The notes under the pieces: generated by a model
Seen by the model: the letters and a program-made list of their open reading frames with translations, nothing else
Told to the model about the DNA's origin: nothing
Databases searched by the model: none
Shown: piece by piece, positions 51,220-64,000 of the stretch
Numbering within the stretch: position 1 is the stretch's first letter
Layout of the letters: each line of letters opens with the position of its first letter
Made by a program: the position numbers and the translations under genes
From: Haplodiscus bocki
Lineage: Eukaryota
Direction: 5' to 3'
Length of the DNA: 64,000 nt
Assembly: GCA_965655095.1 (NCBI GenBank)
Contig: OZ296649.1
Coordinates: forward strand, 140,120,001 to 140,184,000

Positions 51220-51849
51220 AAAAAAGAAATTTCAGAATTTTAATTATGAGTTGAAATGGAGGTAGGAGTTGTGTCAACTGGTTGGTTTTCTGTTTTTTGT
51301 CAACTGTATATGAGGTTTTCTTGAAAATATCAGATCAATTTTTCAGAGAGGAAATTCTGCTGAGTGAATAAAATGTTTTACAGAATGAAGGTTTTAAAAA
51401 ATACAGAGCGCAAAAAATTGTCCGTGGTTTCTCACGAATGAAACCTATAAGAGAAGTTATTATGATAGTTTGAAGTTCAGAGTGTAAAAGAAGAACTTAA
51501 TACTAAGATGAACAGTGAAAGAATGGAAGAGTTCAGAGTCTCAAAAAACATTCGAAATGCAGAAATTTTACTTCACCTTTCTGAATTAATTTCAGTTTGC
51601 CTGATCATATTTTATGATAGTTTGCAGTATGGTTGTATTGATCATATTATTTGATATTTTTGAAGAAAGTATAATAGATAGAGGTAAAGTGATGACGGAT
51701 GAAAAGTAGCTCAAATGTATGGGGTGGAGAGTTGGAGAGTGTGGTCATAATTGATGATGTTATGTGGTTGTCATCCAGAGAGAAGTTGACACTTCTGTGT
51801 TATGCAAATAAATTGAAAGAAAATTAGTTTTTTACTCAGGTTTGGTTAT

Positions 51850-54200
51850 TTTAATTTGACATTTGTCAAATATTATTGACCTTGACGGTTCTTTAATTGT
51901 AAAAACTTGAGGCGTGAATTCTGGTTTTTTATTTACAGAATTCGTTTGAGTTTTCCAGATATTCCTTTGTAAAGAGTAGTCAGGAGGGTCATCAGGACTT
52001 CGAAACGTTCTACGCTGACGTTTGTCACGTTTAGCATCATGTAAATCAGTGACCACTTTTGATATGGTGTAAGCGAGGAATCCATGAGCTAGAGAACTCA
52101 GTGTGGTTATGTTTCAATGAAGTCTGTATTTTTTTGATATAGACATATAAGATTTCAGAAGAAATGTGAGAACGAATTGCAGAAACAGAAAAGTGGAAAA
52201 ATATACATCACATTGGGTCAAAATATGATATCCGAAGCCAAAAACTGCAAAAACGCATCAACAAACCAGTAGGGAGCAAACCCAGGAGCAATGTTTAGAA
52301 GGTGAACATGTAGGCCGACCCTTAAAACATTGTAAGGATAAAACCGGTTTCTTTCAAGAGTTGAATAGAAATCAGTTGGATGTTTCTCCGGGGGTAGTCA
52401 AAAAATCAGACGGGATGGCTTTTCCCAAAAACTTCAGCGTGGTATCTGAATGTTTGGTGAAGAACACAGGCTCCCACAAATTTGATAATTCAGCAATGGA
52501 ATAAATTCGAGCCTCTTCTGCATTGAAAATATTTGAGCTTAATGCAAACTGATTTTGTTTTGTTTTAAAATGCATTGGTGTAGCTCGTATTACAGGTTTA
52601 GGTGTCAGTATAAAGTATTCATCAGTATCAGTATCTAATGCTCTGATATTTTGTGGATTGTTATCTTAGGAGATAGGAGCAGCTTATCTAGACGTTCGTC
52701 TTGTTATTTAATCAATGTACATTACAGTGTCTTGATGGTATACTGATATACGATGAAAACATTTATCAGCTTCCTACAGAGGAGGTAAAAGGAATTGAGC
52801 GCAGTCATATAACAGAACAGTCTAGACTTATTTATAGGGAAAGTTACTACGGTTTACCATTGGAAGGTCACAACCAAGCTGAGGATTTTGAACAGACATT
52901 GCTTATATAGTGAGTAAATGTGTTCGTTCCAGTGCACAGATATAATGCAGTTTATTCAAATAAAAACATAATAGTTGGAACTTTCTATCTTTGTTTTTGT
53001 TTGAGCATCAAAATCTACAACACCGAAACTCTTTGAACCATTCAGTGAAGGTAAACTATCTTTATAGGTATTTTTTAAAGAGTCAAAGAACAATGTTGAA
53101 GACAGTGACTGTTGACTATAGGATGAATCTTCATTAACAGCAATTGGGTTTTTCTTTCCAGTGTCCACATTAAAACCTTCACGCTAAATCGCGAACAAAT
53201 CAAGATACTAAGTTGTATGCATCTCTGTTGGTTTTTCATTGAAATACTATTTCGTGGGAAAATTTCCAGTCTTGTTAAATTTGGAGTAGTAGTTCCCAGT
53301 GGAGAATTAGTATAAAGAAATACGGAGGACATTATGGCTTCATTAATTTTTTCAGTGGTCTTCCTATTACTATTAATGAAATCAAGGGTTTCACACCAAA
53401 AACGTTTATTCAGTTTAGACTTTCGTCCAAAACAATCGGAGATATGAACCATTAAACACGTTTCTTCAGGAAACCAGACAATAGTGTGTGGATGTTTCAG
53501 TGTTGGTTTACAAAAACCGTCAGATTGAAGGCATGGAAGAATCTGACCTTCAAGTATTAGTTTATTTAATTTACCGTCATAATCCAGAAAAAAAATCTTT
53601 GATTATTAAGGACAAGCAATACGATAATTTTTTGATTATCTTTACATCTTCACTTTGAATTTTGAGTATTAGTAATCCAGTCGTAAACATTTGGTTGATA
53701 GGTGAACACACCAGTATGTACAGTATTCGGTTTAGTTTTAGTAAATGGTTGTCGTTTCATTTCAACTTGAACTTGAAAACTCAGTATATCAAAACATGTG
53801 AAGAGCCACTATAAGAAATTTGATTCAATTCAGCTCTATCCGTTGGGTTTGGAATAAAAAGGTTGCATTGAACAGGGTCCAGTTCTTTGGTAGAGGCATA
53901 ACGTTATTATGCCAACCCATATGATCAAGTTTGTAAGTTTTGTCATGTGCGTCTTGAGCACAAAAGACACGAGCCTTTTGAATTGTTGCAGAGCAGCGAA
54001 AAGGTTTAATTCGTCTGGTTTTAGCACGAATGAAAACAAAAGCAAAAGTTCTATTATATTCAGTTGCAGAGGGGGCTTGAGTAGATATTGGGACTGAGTT
54101 CAGCTAAATTGTGTCAGTTTGAATTGTTTCGAACAATCATAATGAGTAGCTAGGAATTGTGTAACCATAAGATTGTCAACTTGGATTAAACTTTCAAAAG
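51850..54200 (-). pseudogene. env-like class III fusogen-like glycoprotein (copy C), including TM region
   Basis: LATHYDCSKQ (~54,125-54,155), EGQILPCLQSDGFCKP (~53,505-53,555), FWCET, ICALERTHLLTI*AMSVQNPQLG (~52,875-52,945), LYDC, hydrophobic VFGFGYHILTQCDVYF segment (~52,170-52,260). Confidence 0.72.
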
Positions 54201-55640
54201 TGATTGTAGTAGCAGCTTGCAGGAAAGAGAAAGTTGTTATTACAGAAAAGAGATTCAGACGTTTCAGAAAATAGTTTTATTTTTCGATCATGAGATAGGG
54301 TTGTTAAAAGATATACTTTTCCATTGATGATCAAATGGAGGTTCGTCAGTGCAATAAATTGTAAATCAGCCACAACAATAGGACTAAGAAAATTTCGGTG
54401 TACAATCTGAGTTGAGCTTGGTATTGGATGAAAATTTAATATAATGAACTTTACAGTCACTTTTATTTCAGCTAAGGTGTGAGTTAATTTAGTCAGTTCT
54501 GGGCTACGAGTAACAGTAGGGTAGTGCAGACGTTGATTGTTCAATTCAAAGGAAGAATGTAATATCTCAGACCTTTCCCGGGATGATGATATAGCTGATT
54601 AACGAGTCTCAGTGGATAATAGTATAGATCAAGTGTAGAAGATCAAGATCTTTTTTTTTCGCGTCGGATATGGAAGATCAGCAGTGTTATTAGCACTCAA
54701 AGAAAACCAATATTCGTGGTCTCCACTTAGATGAATAAATCTTGGATATGAGTCAACAGTAAATTAAGTTTCAATACCAGGATAAGACCTCAATGAAATT
54801 GGAGTATCAGAAGGAAAGGAAGGAAGGTTTTCAGAAGTAGATGATTGAGGTTATGCGTGTTAACGCAATAATGCCGAGATTGAACTTGATGTTGATCGTG
54901 TACAAGAAGAAGAAGTTGTTTTTATCGATTTTGATCTCAACCTTTAGGATTCATTTACTATTTGAGAAGAAGAGGGTAATATATTTTTTTGATTAGTCTT
55001 TAGATTAACAATTTAAGAAACCATCAACAAATGAGGTAGAGTATAACAAGGAAAATAAGTCTGGATATAACAGAGAAAATCCTTTGGAGCTAAGATCAGA
55101 GGCAGTTTTGAGATCAAGTGGAATTGCAGAACTAGATGGCTCATCGGTTTTGTTATGCATAGTAAAAGTGGTTGGTTTATCACAGGTAGTAGCGTCAAAT
55201 GATTTTCGATAAATGAGAGTTTTTGTTTTTCTAGCTACAGTTTTATAAAGACGTGGAGGCGTTAATGGAAAAGGAAAAAAATCTGTTTCAGATAGATCCG
55301 TGACAAGAATAGGTCTAGGTGTGATATCTGGATTGATAGTTGGAGCTACAGATACCGGTGATCTAGGACGTCTCCGAACAGTGGTTTTTAAATTTTCAAA
55401 GTAAAAACTGAATTTTTAAGAATTGCGTGAAGATTATTCATTAGATCGAGTAACTGAAAACTTAGAGTTTATTTGGAAAACTGGTGGAGTAGAGTGTAAA
55501 TAAATGTTTTCAGTTGAATTCGGCGATGAATCTAGAATTACGACAGTATCAGAAAGAAAAATATTAATTACATGACTTATTAGCTGAAAAATATTGTACT
55601 GTTTGTTCAGAAGCATTTGAGTCAAAGTTGTCAAGTTTGA
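54200..55640 (-). pseudogene. Uncharacterised ORFx between pol and env (copy C)
   Basis: VAPTINP...FFPFPLTPP; ORF 54194-54544 (FHPIPSSTQ) aligns with copy A ORF 23129-23458 (SHPLPTSTQ). Confidence 0.55.
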
Positions 55641-58600
55641 AGAACTTCAAAATCATTTCGGTTTTAGTGTACTACAGCGACAATTGTTTCAAAGTTTTGA
55701 GTTCCAGTAATGAAAAGATTAACTGCAGTATTCCGAAAGTCTTTCCAAAACAAATAGCAGAGTCTTCAAAACAAAATACAAGAGACACAATCTATGATGA
55801 ACAAGAAAAAGGTTACTGTGGATCTTCCTGAAGACTTTTTATGAGCAACTCTAGTCAACTTGATTCGATCTCGTTGATCAATTTTGTTCAACTCAACTTC
55901 CATGAAAATTACTATTTATTCGGAGAGGAAAGTGATGGGATGAAAAGACAATAATTTCTTTTCGGTATTGGTCGTAGGTCATTTTGTCTCGAGTGTTTCT
56001 GTTGGACGTTTCTGATTGGTTGAAATGCAGAGAGGAATTTGATTTGTCATCAAATAACGTAGGAGAGTCGTGAACAGTGTCAGATCCGGGAAGATCAAAT
56101 ATTTCAAGAATTTTGTTGGTTGATTGAAATGTTGTCGATCTTGGATTTCAATATAATTTTTGAGACCCATAAACTGATCGAGACGGATGATAATGTTTAT
56201 TTCCTCATTTTGCAGATTTTTAGAGTTCATTTTCAAACAAATTTGGTTGGTCATCATCGTCATTAAAGAATGGGTAATCATCAGAAACATTATCATCAAT
56301 TTCAGATTTACTTTATAAAGTGAATATATATCACTTTGGATCATGTCCGATATCTCAAAACCATGAATAACTTCAGGATTATGTTCATTGTTTGACTGAA
56401 CGTGAGGAAAGAGCAAAGGCTTTTTAGGATAATATGAAATCAAATGGTTTTGATGTGTGTAAAATGTTTTTACGCCTTGTTTTAGAAGTTCATAAAGGAC
56501 TTCCGTGGGCTTGTTAATAAAATTGACAGGAGCATTACGAAGTGGTTTTATTTTATCGGAAATTTGGACAGCTTCAAAATTTCAATGTAAAACAATTGAA
56601 TTGAGTGGTATTTTTTCTTACAGATTAGGTGAATTTTGCATTGTATATGCAAGGGAAATTTTTTATTTCAAAGCATGTTGATAAACTTTTGAAAAAAATT
56701 GCAGCATTGTTGTTCCAAAAGCGAAAAACTTTGTAGTGATAGGTTTCAACATATTGCTATGAAACAACACATTAAAATCAATTGATTGATAATGAGATCG
56801 AGGAGGCAATTCAGAGCATTATTGTGCAGCACAATCACGAAATTAATCTCGAGAAATAATTTTTTAAAAATTAAGGGGAATACGCCGTTGCGTATGAAAA
56901 ACTGATTCTTATGCTGAAATATGCAGATGTGATAATAGTTGAGTATTGTGAGCATAAGCAAAGAAATGTACTCGGATATTAGGAGTATCATCTAAGAACA
57001 TTCGCAGATGAGTTCCACGATTTTTTTTAATTCCATTTGTCCAGAGAGCATGTGAAGTTTTTGGAGAATGACCAATGAAAAACAGAGTACAGCTTTTTGC
57101 GAGTTCAAAAAAAAGATATTCTGTTCATCTAATTGTAATCAGATATTAAGGAGAACCAAATTTTGGAATCCAGTGATGAATTTATGCATTTAAAGCAGAA
57201 TGACCATTACTTTTTGGAGTTGGTACAGTTACAACGTAATTGCTAAAGGGATCAACAAATACATTAGTGTAATGACTTCCATCAGAAGCAGGGTTTAATG
57301 GACCCTTAGTATCGATTGAAATACTATGGTTTAAAAAAGTTGACAATTTCATGATTGGTAAGACTGCAGCTTTGTTAGTTTTCATGCTTTTGTATTTATG
57401 CATTTGGCAATCAATGCAGTCATGAAGGAAACTCTATACCCTTTTTCCAGAGATAAAATACAATAAAATTGAATAATTTTATATTGCGCAATATGAGGAA
57501 CAGCTTGAGAGTGTTCATGGACTCTATCGAAAGCAGATTGAAACAAATTCTGTGGTGAGCACAAGCTAGACATTTAAGAAGAAAGATTATCATCAACGTA
57601 CTCTGGAATTTTATCATTATTTTCCCGAGCTGGGGTTTTGATAGTTATCAAGTTAGTAATTTCATCAGTATACAAATTTAGAAATGATTGGTATTATGCG
57701 AACAATATTGGACTAGCAGTTACAATAGGTGTTTTTACGACCAGACATGAAGTTTCAGTGATCCTTTTATACACATCATCAGAACAGGATACCTTTTTTA
57801 ACTTTCGTTATTGTTTCAAATTTCAATGGAGTACTGGGAGGTAGAAAGGTTTCATTAAAACGAATGCTAAATTTGAAATTTCATTTAAATGTGTTTTTAA
57901 AACAACGATGTATCAAAGAATGAATTATTCAAGTTTGTTTGATTACAGATGGATATATTTCATCAGTGAACTGCGGAATTAGGTTTTCATCTTCAGTTTC
58001 ATTATAAATATCAGATGTATTCTGATTATCAACCAGTCAAAAATTGCGGGAAAAAATTCATAATTTTGTAGTATCCTTTCTTCAATAGGATAACCATTAT
58101 CAGTGATATCGGTATCATTGAAAATTGCAGGTTGTTTTAACAATGTTTTCATTTTTTTCTTGATTGGTTTTTCTTTTGATTCTGAAAGGGTTTGACTTTT
58201 TCGAAAAAATGAGTCTAGGGGTTCAAAAATGATGTTTTATCATCTGTTATAGATACAAATGGAGATTTGATCAATTCCGAAATCAGTCAAAGTAGGATGA
58301 CAGTTGTCCCATTGTGAAGAAAGCGCAGTTCCATGTTTGACCAGATAGCAAATATTGTAGAAATTTTATTTGGTTATCATATGTCAGTGTTGCAATAAGA
58401 ACTTGCGGAGGTAATTGTTTGCATTGTATTTGATTCAATTGCAGTTTTTCTGAGTGAAAAAACAGCTTAACATAACAGATACAGAATTTTTTTTCTTTCA
58501 TATATAAAATACGAAGTTCTTGAAATTTGGTTAATTGTAATTGTGCAGTGTAAGAAAGTAGAGAAAGGTTTGTTTCTTAGTGAAACAGCTAACGTTGGTT

Positions 58601-61600
58601 AATGATCATTCAAAACCGTAATGAAATGATCGGCGCCAATAAAATATATTCGTACATTGTAAGTGAATGTAGGAATCGGATTATTTCAGGATATGTAGTG
58701 GAGAGTTTTTGTACATTAGTAGTAAAAAGTCGAGAAGCAAAAGAGATAATATCCAATTTTCCTGTATTAGTTGTTCGGAATAGGACAAAGCGTATACCAA
58801 TTAAAGAAAAATCTACTGGAATAAAAAAGGGATGGTTTGTTTTGGGTAGTTTCAGAGTGAAAACTTTTTGAATAGAAGTTCTAATTTGTGGAAACAGTTT
58901 TCCAGTTCCTTTTTCCAGTGAACTTTAAGGATATCATGATGTAAATCAAAAAGATGCTTCGAATTAACATGAAGGTTATCAACAGTTTCAGAAGAGAAGT
59001 TCATTGAGGCAATGACCTCATCAGCTCAGTTTTTGTAGTCAGGAAAGGATTTTTGATAATGGCTGTTATTTTGTTCTGAACTGGTTTGATCGTATTAAAG
59101 CCAACTTTGTTACCAAAATATTTTACAGTGGGTAGCAAAAAATAATTTCAGGAGCTATTTTCAGATTTTCTTCATTAGCGTTATCATGAAGTTGTTTGAT
59201 TAGTTGCAGCCTATGTGGTATGGAGTTTGACGTGAGTAGAATAGCATCAATAGAAACCAATGCCGATCCTTAACGGATCAATTCTCTGAGAAAATGAGAC
59301 ATTTGTTGTGTGAAAATTATTTGGAGACCTTTAAGACCGTAACATCCTCTAATAAATGCAAAAAGCTTATTACCAGAGAGAAATCAACCTAATATGATAG
59401 TTTTTTTTGCAATGTAGCATGTGCATATGCGTACATAACCTCAATTGCAGATTTTTTACCTATTCTAGCAGACTGTGTTGCTAAAGGTTCCAGTGGCCAA
59501 GATTCGGTGGATTGATAAGTGTTCGTGTTGAGATTTCTAGCACTCAACAAAATTTTACTAGAATCTTTTTTTTTGATGATCAGTGGATTCCGAAAAGTAG
59601 TTCCCTGATTAGTTTTTTCATGAGGCGTTAAGCCAATTTGTTTTATTTTTCCCTTTTGTAGATCATACATTGAAGTATTCAGTTGGTCCCGATAATGAAT
59701 GGAAACTTGAGTAGGTCTTTATGTTTGCAGTATAGCATCAGATTTCAATTTATTTCGAAATGGGGAAGAAACTAGGATGTATAGCATAACAGTTTTTCTT
59801 TTCAACAAGAATATTGTAGATTTGAATTTATTCAGATTCATTAAGATCAGAGTATCGAAAATAAAATTCATCAGAAATTGGAAAGTTTTTTAGTGTAAGT
59901 TAATGGTGGAAATTTTCATGGAGTTAATTTTTGAGAGGGTTGTATATTACAGACACTATCGTTAGCTATTAGATCTTTATACAGATCAATAAGATTACCA
60001 TCGAAAAAATTTCTTTATTTGTTTAATATCTTGATATTGAACAAAATTTGGTTCAGTTATAACAGGATGGTAGGTACGAACTACCCAATGAATCAGGGTA
60101 GTTGAATCATCAATTCTATAATGAGATGGTTTCACAGGGGTGATTGGAATTTCTGTATACCCCATTATTCCAGCTGAAAGTGTAGGCAAGTTTAAAGTAT
60201 CACTTTTGTTTATTACTGAGCACAATTTTCAGAAGTTTCAATAAATTTTCCATAAAAAGAAAACATTGTTTCAATTTTGACAAAAAAGGAGTGTGAATTT
60301 TTTCAGTAAATAGTGGTTCATGATTTTCAGTCTGAAGCGAAAACGTTTTTGCGTTTTTAGTGGAAAACGTAGTGTTTTTGCAGTATTGGGTTTCATATAG
60401 GTTGGTTTTTTGACAAAATTTTGTTAAAAAAATGAAAAAAGGGAAAACGCTTTCCAATCACCTTGGTAAAAGAAGCAGTTTTGGGTTGATCAATTATCGA
60501 ATGATTGGATTTCATGTGAAATCTTTGATAATAACTTCTTGTAAGTATTCCTCAAAGAGTGACGTTCTGAGAAAAATATTTCGATAACAGCTACAACGAA
60601 AGTAATCATGAAGTATCTTGATTTGTTTTTTTTTGATGCGAAAGAAGTTACAGAGATATATTGTTTAATTGGAACTTCAGATTGAAATGCAAAATTCAGC
60701 GTTTTTGATGTAATATGTTGTTCATGATTACAAACACTGATTATTTGAGTGACCATCATATAGGTTGGTATGTTGAGTAGCGAATTAGATGCACCGCTAT
60801 CTAATAGGAAAGCCATTTCCAGTCTTGAACGTAAATTTGAACCAGTTTTGTTTTGAGCATGAGTTTAAAGATGATAAAACGAACTTGTTGGAGTATAAGC
60901 TTTTGTTATTTTGGTTGTCTATAAAGCAACTTCAAATGTGTTTTTCGACTTTCAAAAGTTTTCAGTGTAGTAGTCATGATGTTCAGAGGAATTTTGATGA
61001 ACAATATTAACAAACCTTCTAAATGCGGCCGCAGATTGTGAACGTGGTCCTGATGGAGGTGGATATGAAGATTTTTATTTCATAAAAGCCTGTCGGTTTT
61101 TAGAGTTGCATTTAGGAAAAGTACGATAGCGATATCTTCTAATATAAGATTACTAAGTAGATCTAGAGTTTTTTCGTTGATTATAAAATTCATTTTGTGT
61201 TAAACTGATGGTTTTCGGCTAGAATTGAATATTCTATTACCGTAACAATATCAAAAACATGAATTCTCACGTCGATCACGTGAGATTGTAAGTGATATAA
61301 AATGGGAGAGTCGGTATAGAGATTATCGATATCATGAACTTGAATGGTTTCCTGAATCATAATTACTGCGCAAATATTAGTTAACAGGGTAAGATGAAGG
61401 TTGCTCAGTTGGATGTTTTTGCTGCTTTGATTCTTCAAAGTATTGTTTTAATTGATTTGACAGGTGATGTCGATCGGGAGCAAGAATTGCGGTTTCTTTC
61501 CTCATCTTGGCGTTGTTTGCGAAAATAATTCGGAACAGAGTGATTGGATTTGTGACAAAAATTACAGTTTTTCCGAAAGTGAAGTTCTTTTTAATTATTC

Positions 61601-64000
61601 GGATCAGTTGTTTGTAGAACCATGATTTCAGGTTTCGGGTCATATCTTTCAGCGAATGATTTTTGAGAAGCGAGTTTTGATGTTACAATAAAAACTTCCA
61701 GTGGTAGATTAAAAGTACGATTTATTTATTCGTACAATCTCCAGCGTCAACAAGTTCAACCAGTGTTAGAGAGGAATGGAAGGTTCTATGACAGTAGTTG
61801 TATGGTTGACTTCCCCTTTTGTGTGCAAATTCAATCAGTTTTTTGGTAGTCTTCCGGTGAAACTTTCATTACACTTGAGGTTAATACCTGCAGCAGATTC
61901 ATCACACCAGCCTTTTCCAACTAGTTGTTGATCTTTTGACAAAAATGGTTTCTTCTAAAATGAGAAAACGCTCTTTTTGCAGTGTTTTGGAAATGAAATT
62001 GATGAGAAGTTACACCAAAACAATTATCTATCGATGTAGCTTCTTCAGATTAATTTAGATCATTAGGAATACCACATTTGCTTCGAAAGGTTTTTGTGGG
62101 AACTTGCAGTGGTTTTATATTACCTGGCATCAGAATACAATTAGTTCGAGTTGAAATTCCAGTGAACTGAGTAGGAGATATACTTTCAGCGATTTGGAAA
62201 TTTGTTTACACTTGGGTTTAAATGAACAGATGTTGATTGTGTTTGAACTTTGGAAACCCGCACTAGTATTTTGGTTTGAATTTTTATCACTACGGTTTTC
62301 AGTGATCAACATTGATTTGAACGTATTTCATCAGTTTTGAGATCAAAAAGTCTAGATTCGGTGATTCCTCGTGTAATCATATTGCGTAGAATCTCCGATT
62401 GGGAAAAAAATTCATTATTGGTTTGGAGTAGTTCAAGTTGTTTTGCATGAAAATCTCAGTTTTATACAAGAATAGAAGAACTTCTTGCTCAGCCAAACGG
62501 TTTCAGAAAATTTTCAAACAACTTTCATCTGAATTCTTCCGGATAAATTGCTAATTAAGTCAGAAATATTTTCTCAGATACAGAAACTAGAATTTCTTTT
62601 GTGGTTTTCTTACAGTGTTTAAAACAGTTATTTGGGAAAAGCTTGTAATCGGAAAGCATTTGTTTGAGCAAGATTCCGCAGTAGCCAATGTTGTGGAATA
62701 ACAAGTCATTTAACGTTATCGTCTTCAGAAGTTTCAAAGAGATTTTGTTTGTTACGGATTTCATCAATTGCCTGGGAAGCAACTATTGGTAGTCCTTAGA
62801 ATTCACAAGCTTCTTGCAGTTCATCAGAAAATTTGCGAAAAGACCCTGAACCGGTGAATGAATACATGTTTAAAAATATTGTCTTCAAGCAGAATCCAGT
62901 GTTAGTGCTTTTAACTGGTTTGAGAACTACAGTGAATGGTACATCAGCAAAACTTGATTCACAAGTCTTAAAATGCTTATAATATAATTAACAGTCATGG
63001 TGTTATCTAATCAGAGAAACTGAACAAAAATCAAAACATTGTTTTTTAAAAGGCAGAGAAATTGTTGAATTAAATTTAGGATTTTTAGTAGAGCTAATCG
63101 CATCCCTGATAAATGTTCGTTTTTGTCTTTCTTTATTGACATGAAATGAGATTAGAGTAAGAGTGGAAAGTTCAGATCATATAACTTGTGGTGCTGGCAC
63201 TTTCTTTTGATGCTGAAGGTATATATTTACTTTTTTGCGGAGTAATGTTTTCGTGTTGGATTTGAGTGCCAAGTTGATTTAATTGCTGTATCATTGTATC
63301 AATTGACTACATTCCATTTGTTGTTTTCGTAAAAATTGATTTGCAGCTTCAATAGTTCATTAAATTTGTCATCGTAAACGTTCATTTTCAGCTTCAATTT
63401 CTTCTCATGAGAAATTTTCAGAGATGTTTTATTGCAATTCTACAGATGGGATTTTTACTTGTCCAGTAGATATCTCAGAAGAAGAAAAATCTTGGAATTG
63501 CGGAGGAGTTCGTTTTGTAATAAGAGTTGGATTTTTTTGGTTCCACAGATGATTCACCCTGAAGGAATTCAAAAAAATTCTCAGTGTGGTTGGTATTATC
63601 ATCATTTTTGTTTTCAGATGGGGTATTCGAGTGTGAAATAGCAGTTCGTGTGTTTGACATTGTTTCATAAATTTTCCAGGCGAATTGGAAATAAATGAAT
63701 CCAGAAGATTTTGATAATCGAAACAAGAATTTTTAAAACAATTCATTGCAGAAATTTAAATGAACTATGTTCCACAACGTTTTCTATGTATACACAATTC
63801 CAGCAGCCAAAAATGGAAAAGAAAAATACGATGAGTATATAAAAAATTACTTACCCAAAAGGTTGTGTTCAACCAGAAAGTTTTCAGCAAATAGAAGAAA
63901 AACATTTGAAACTGCGTTCAACCAAAAGATTGCTAGCAGAATATAAAAAAGGTTTCTGTGTGAGATCTTTTGTTTCGAAGGTGCGGATAGTGACAATGGA

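Larger units (their letters stand above)
49950..64000 (-). mobile_element. Ty3/Gypsy copy C (same large family): gag-pol-ORFx-env-ORFy, 5' LTR runs off window
   Basis: LTR/PBS junction ~63,912-63,942; gag ~61,000-63,730 with a decayed zinc knuckle (..FCHKSNHSV, ~61,540-61,570); protease FLLDSGAS (60490-60816); RT SWPLEPL/SAIEVMYAYAHATL and ALVSIDAILL; RNase H ~58,550-58,850; integrase SIDTKGPLNPASDG (57182-57403). Confidence 0.9.

Overview
AT-rich eukaryotic (metazoan-like) DNA made almost entirely of nested, decayed mobile elements; no bacterial genes, rRNA/tRNA genes or CRISPR arrays seen. All family calls come from manual translation across stops/frameshifts and motif recognition, not database searches. 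Layout: (1) ~1-14,050 degenerate Polinton/Maverick (adintovirus-like) element with a + strand virion module (minor capsid, small virion protein, membrane protein, packaging ATPase, conserved unknown, major capsid) and a - strand module (pPolB with endonuclease-VII-like motif, unknown ORFs, RVE integrase), interrupted by a younger pogo/Tigger transposon (9,325-11,213); (2) three decayed copies of a large (~13-14 kb) Ty3/Gypsy family (A: 14,340-25,360 +, itself two fused pieces; B: ~30,470-44,437 -; C: ~49,400->64,000 -) with layout gag-pol-ORFx-env-ORFy, where env resembles a class III (gB/chuvirus-G-like) fusogen; (3) a BEL/Pao element (25,362-~29,990) with an internal inversion and an SGNH-hydrolase-like ORF upstream of gag; (4) a probable 123-nt host exon split by the 200-N gap, suggesting the window is largely TE-filled giant intron; (5) a non-TE-looking island (~44,850-45,700) with a possible Ig-domain remnant, and a gag-only fragment of a second Gypsy family (46,287-48,350).
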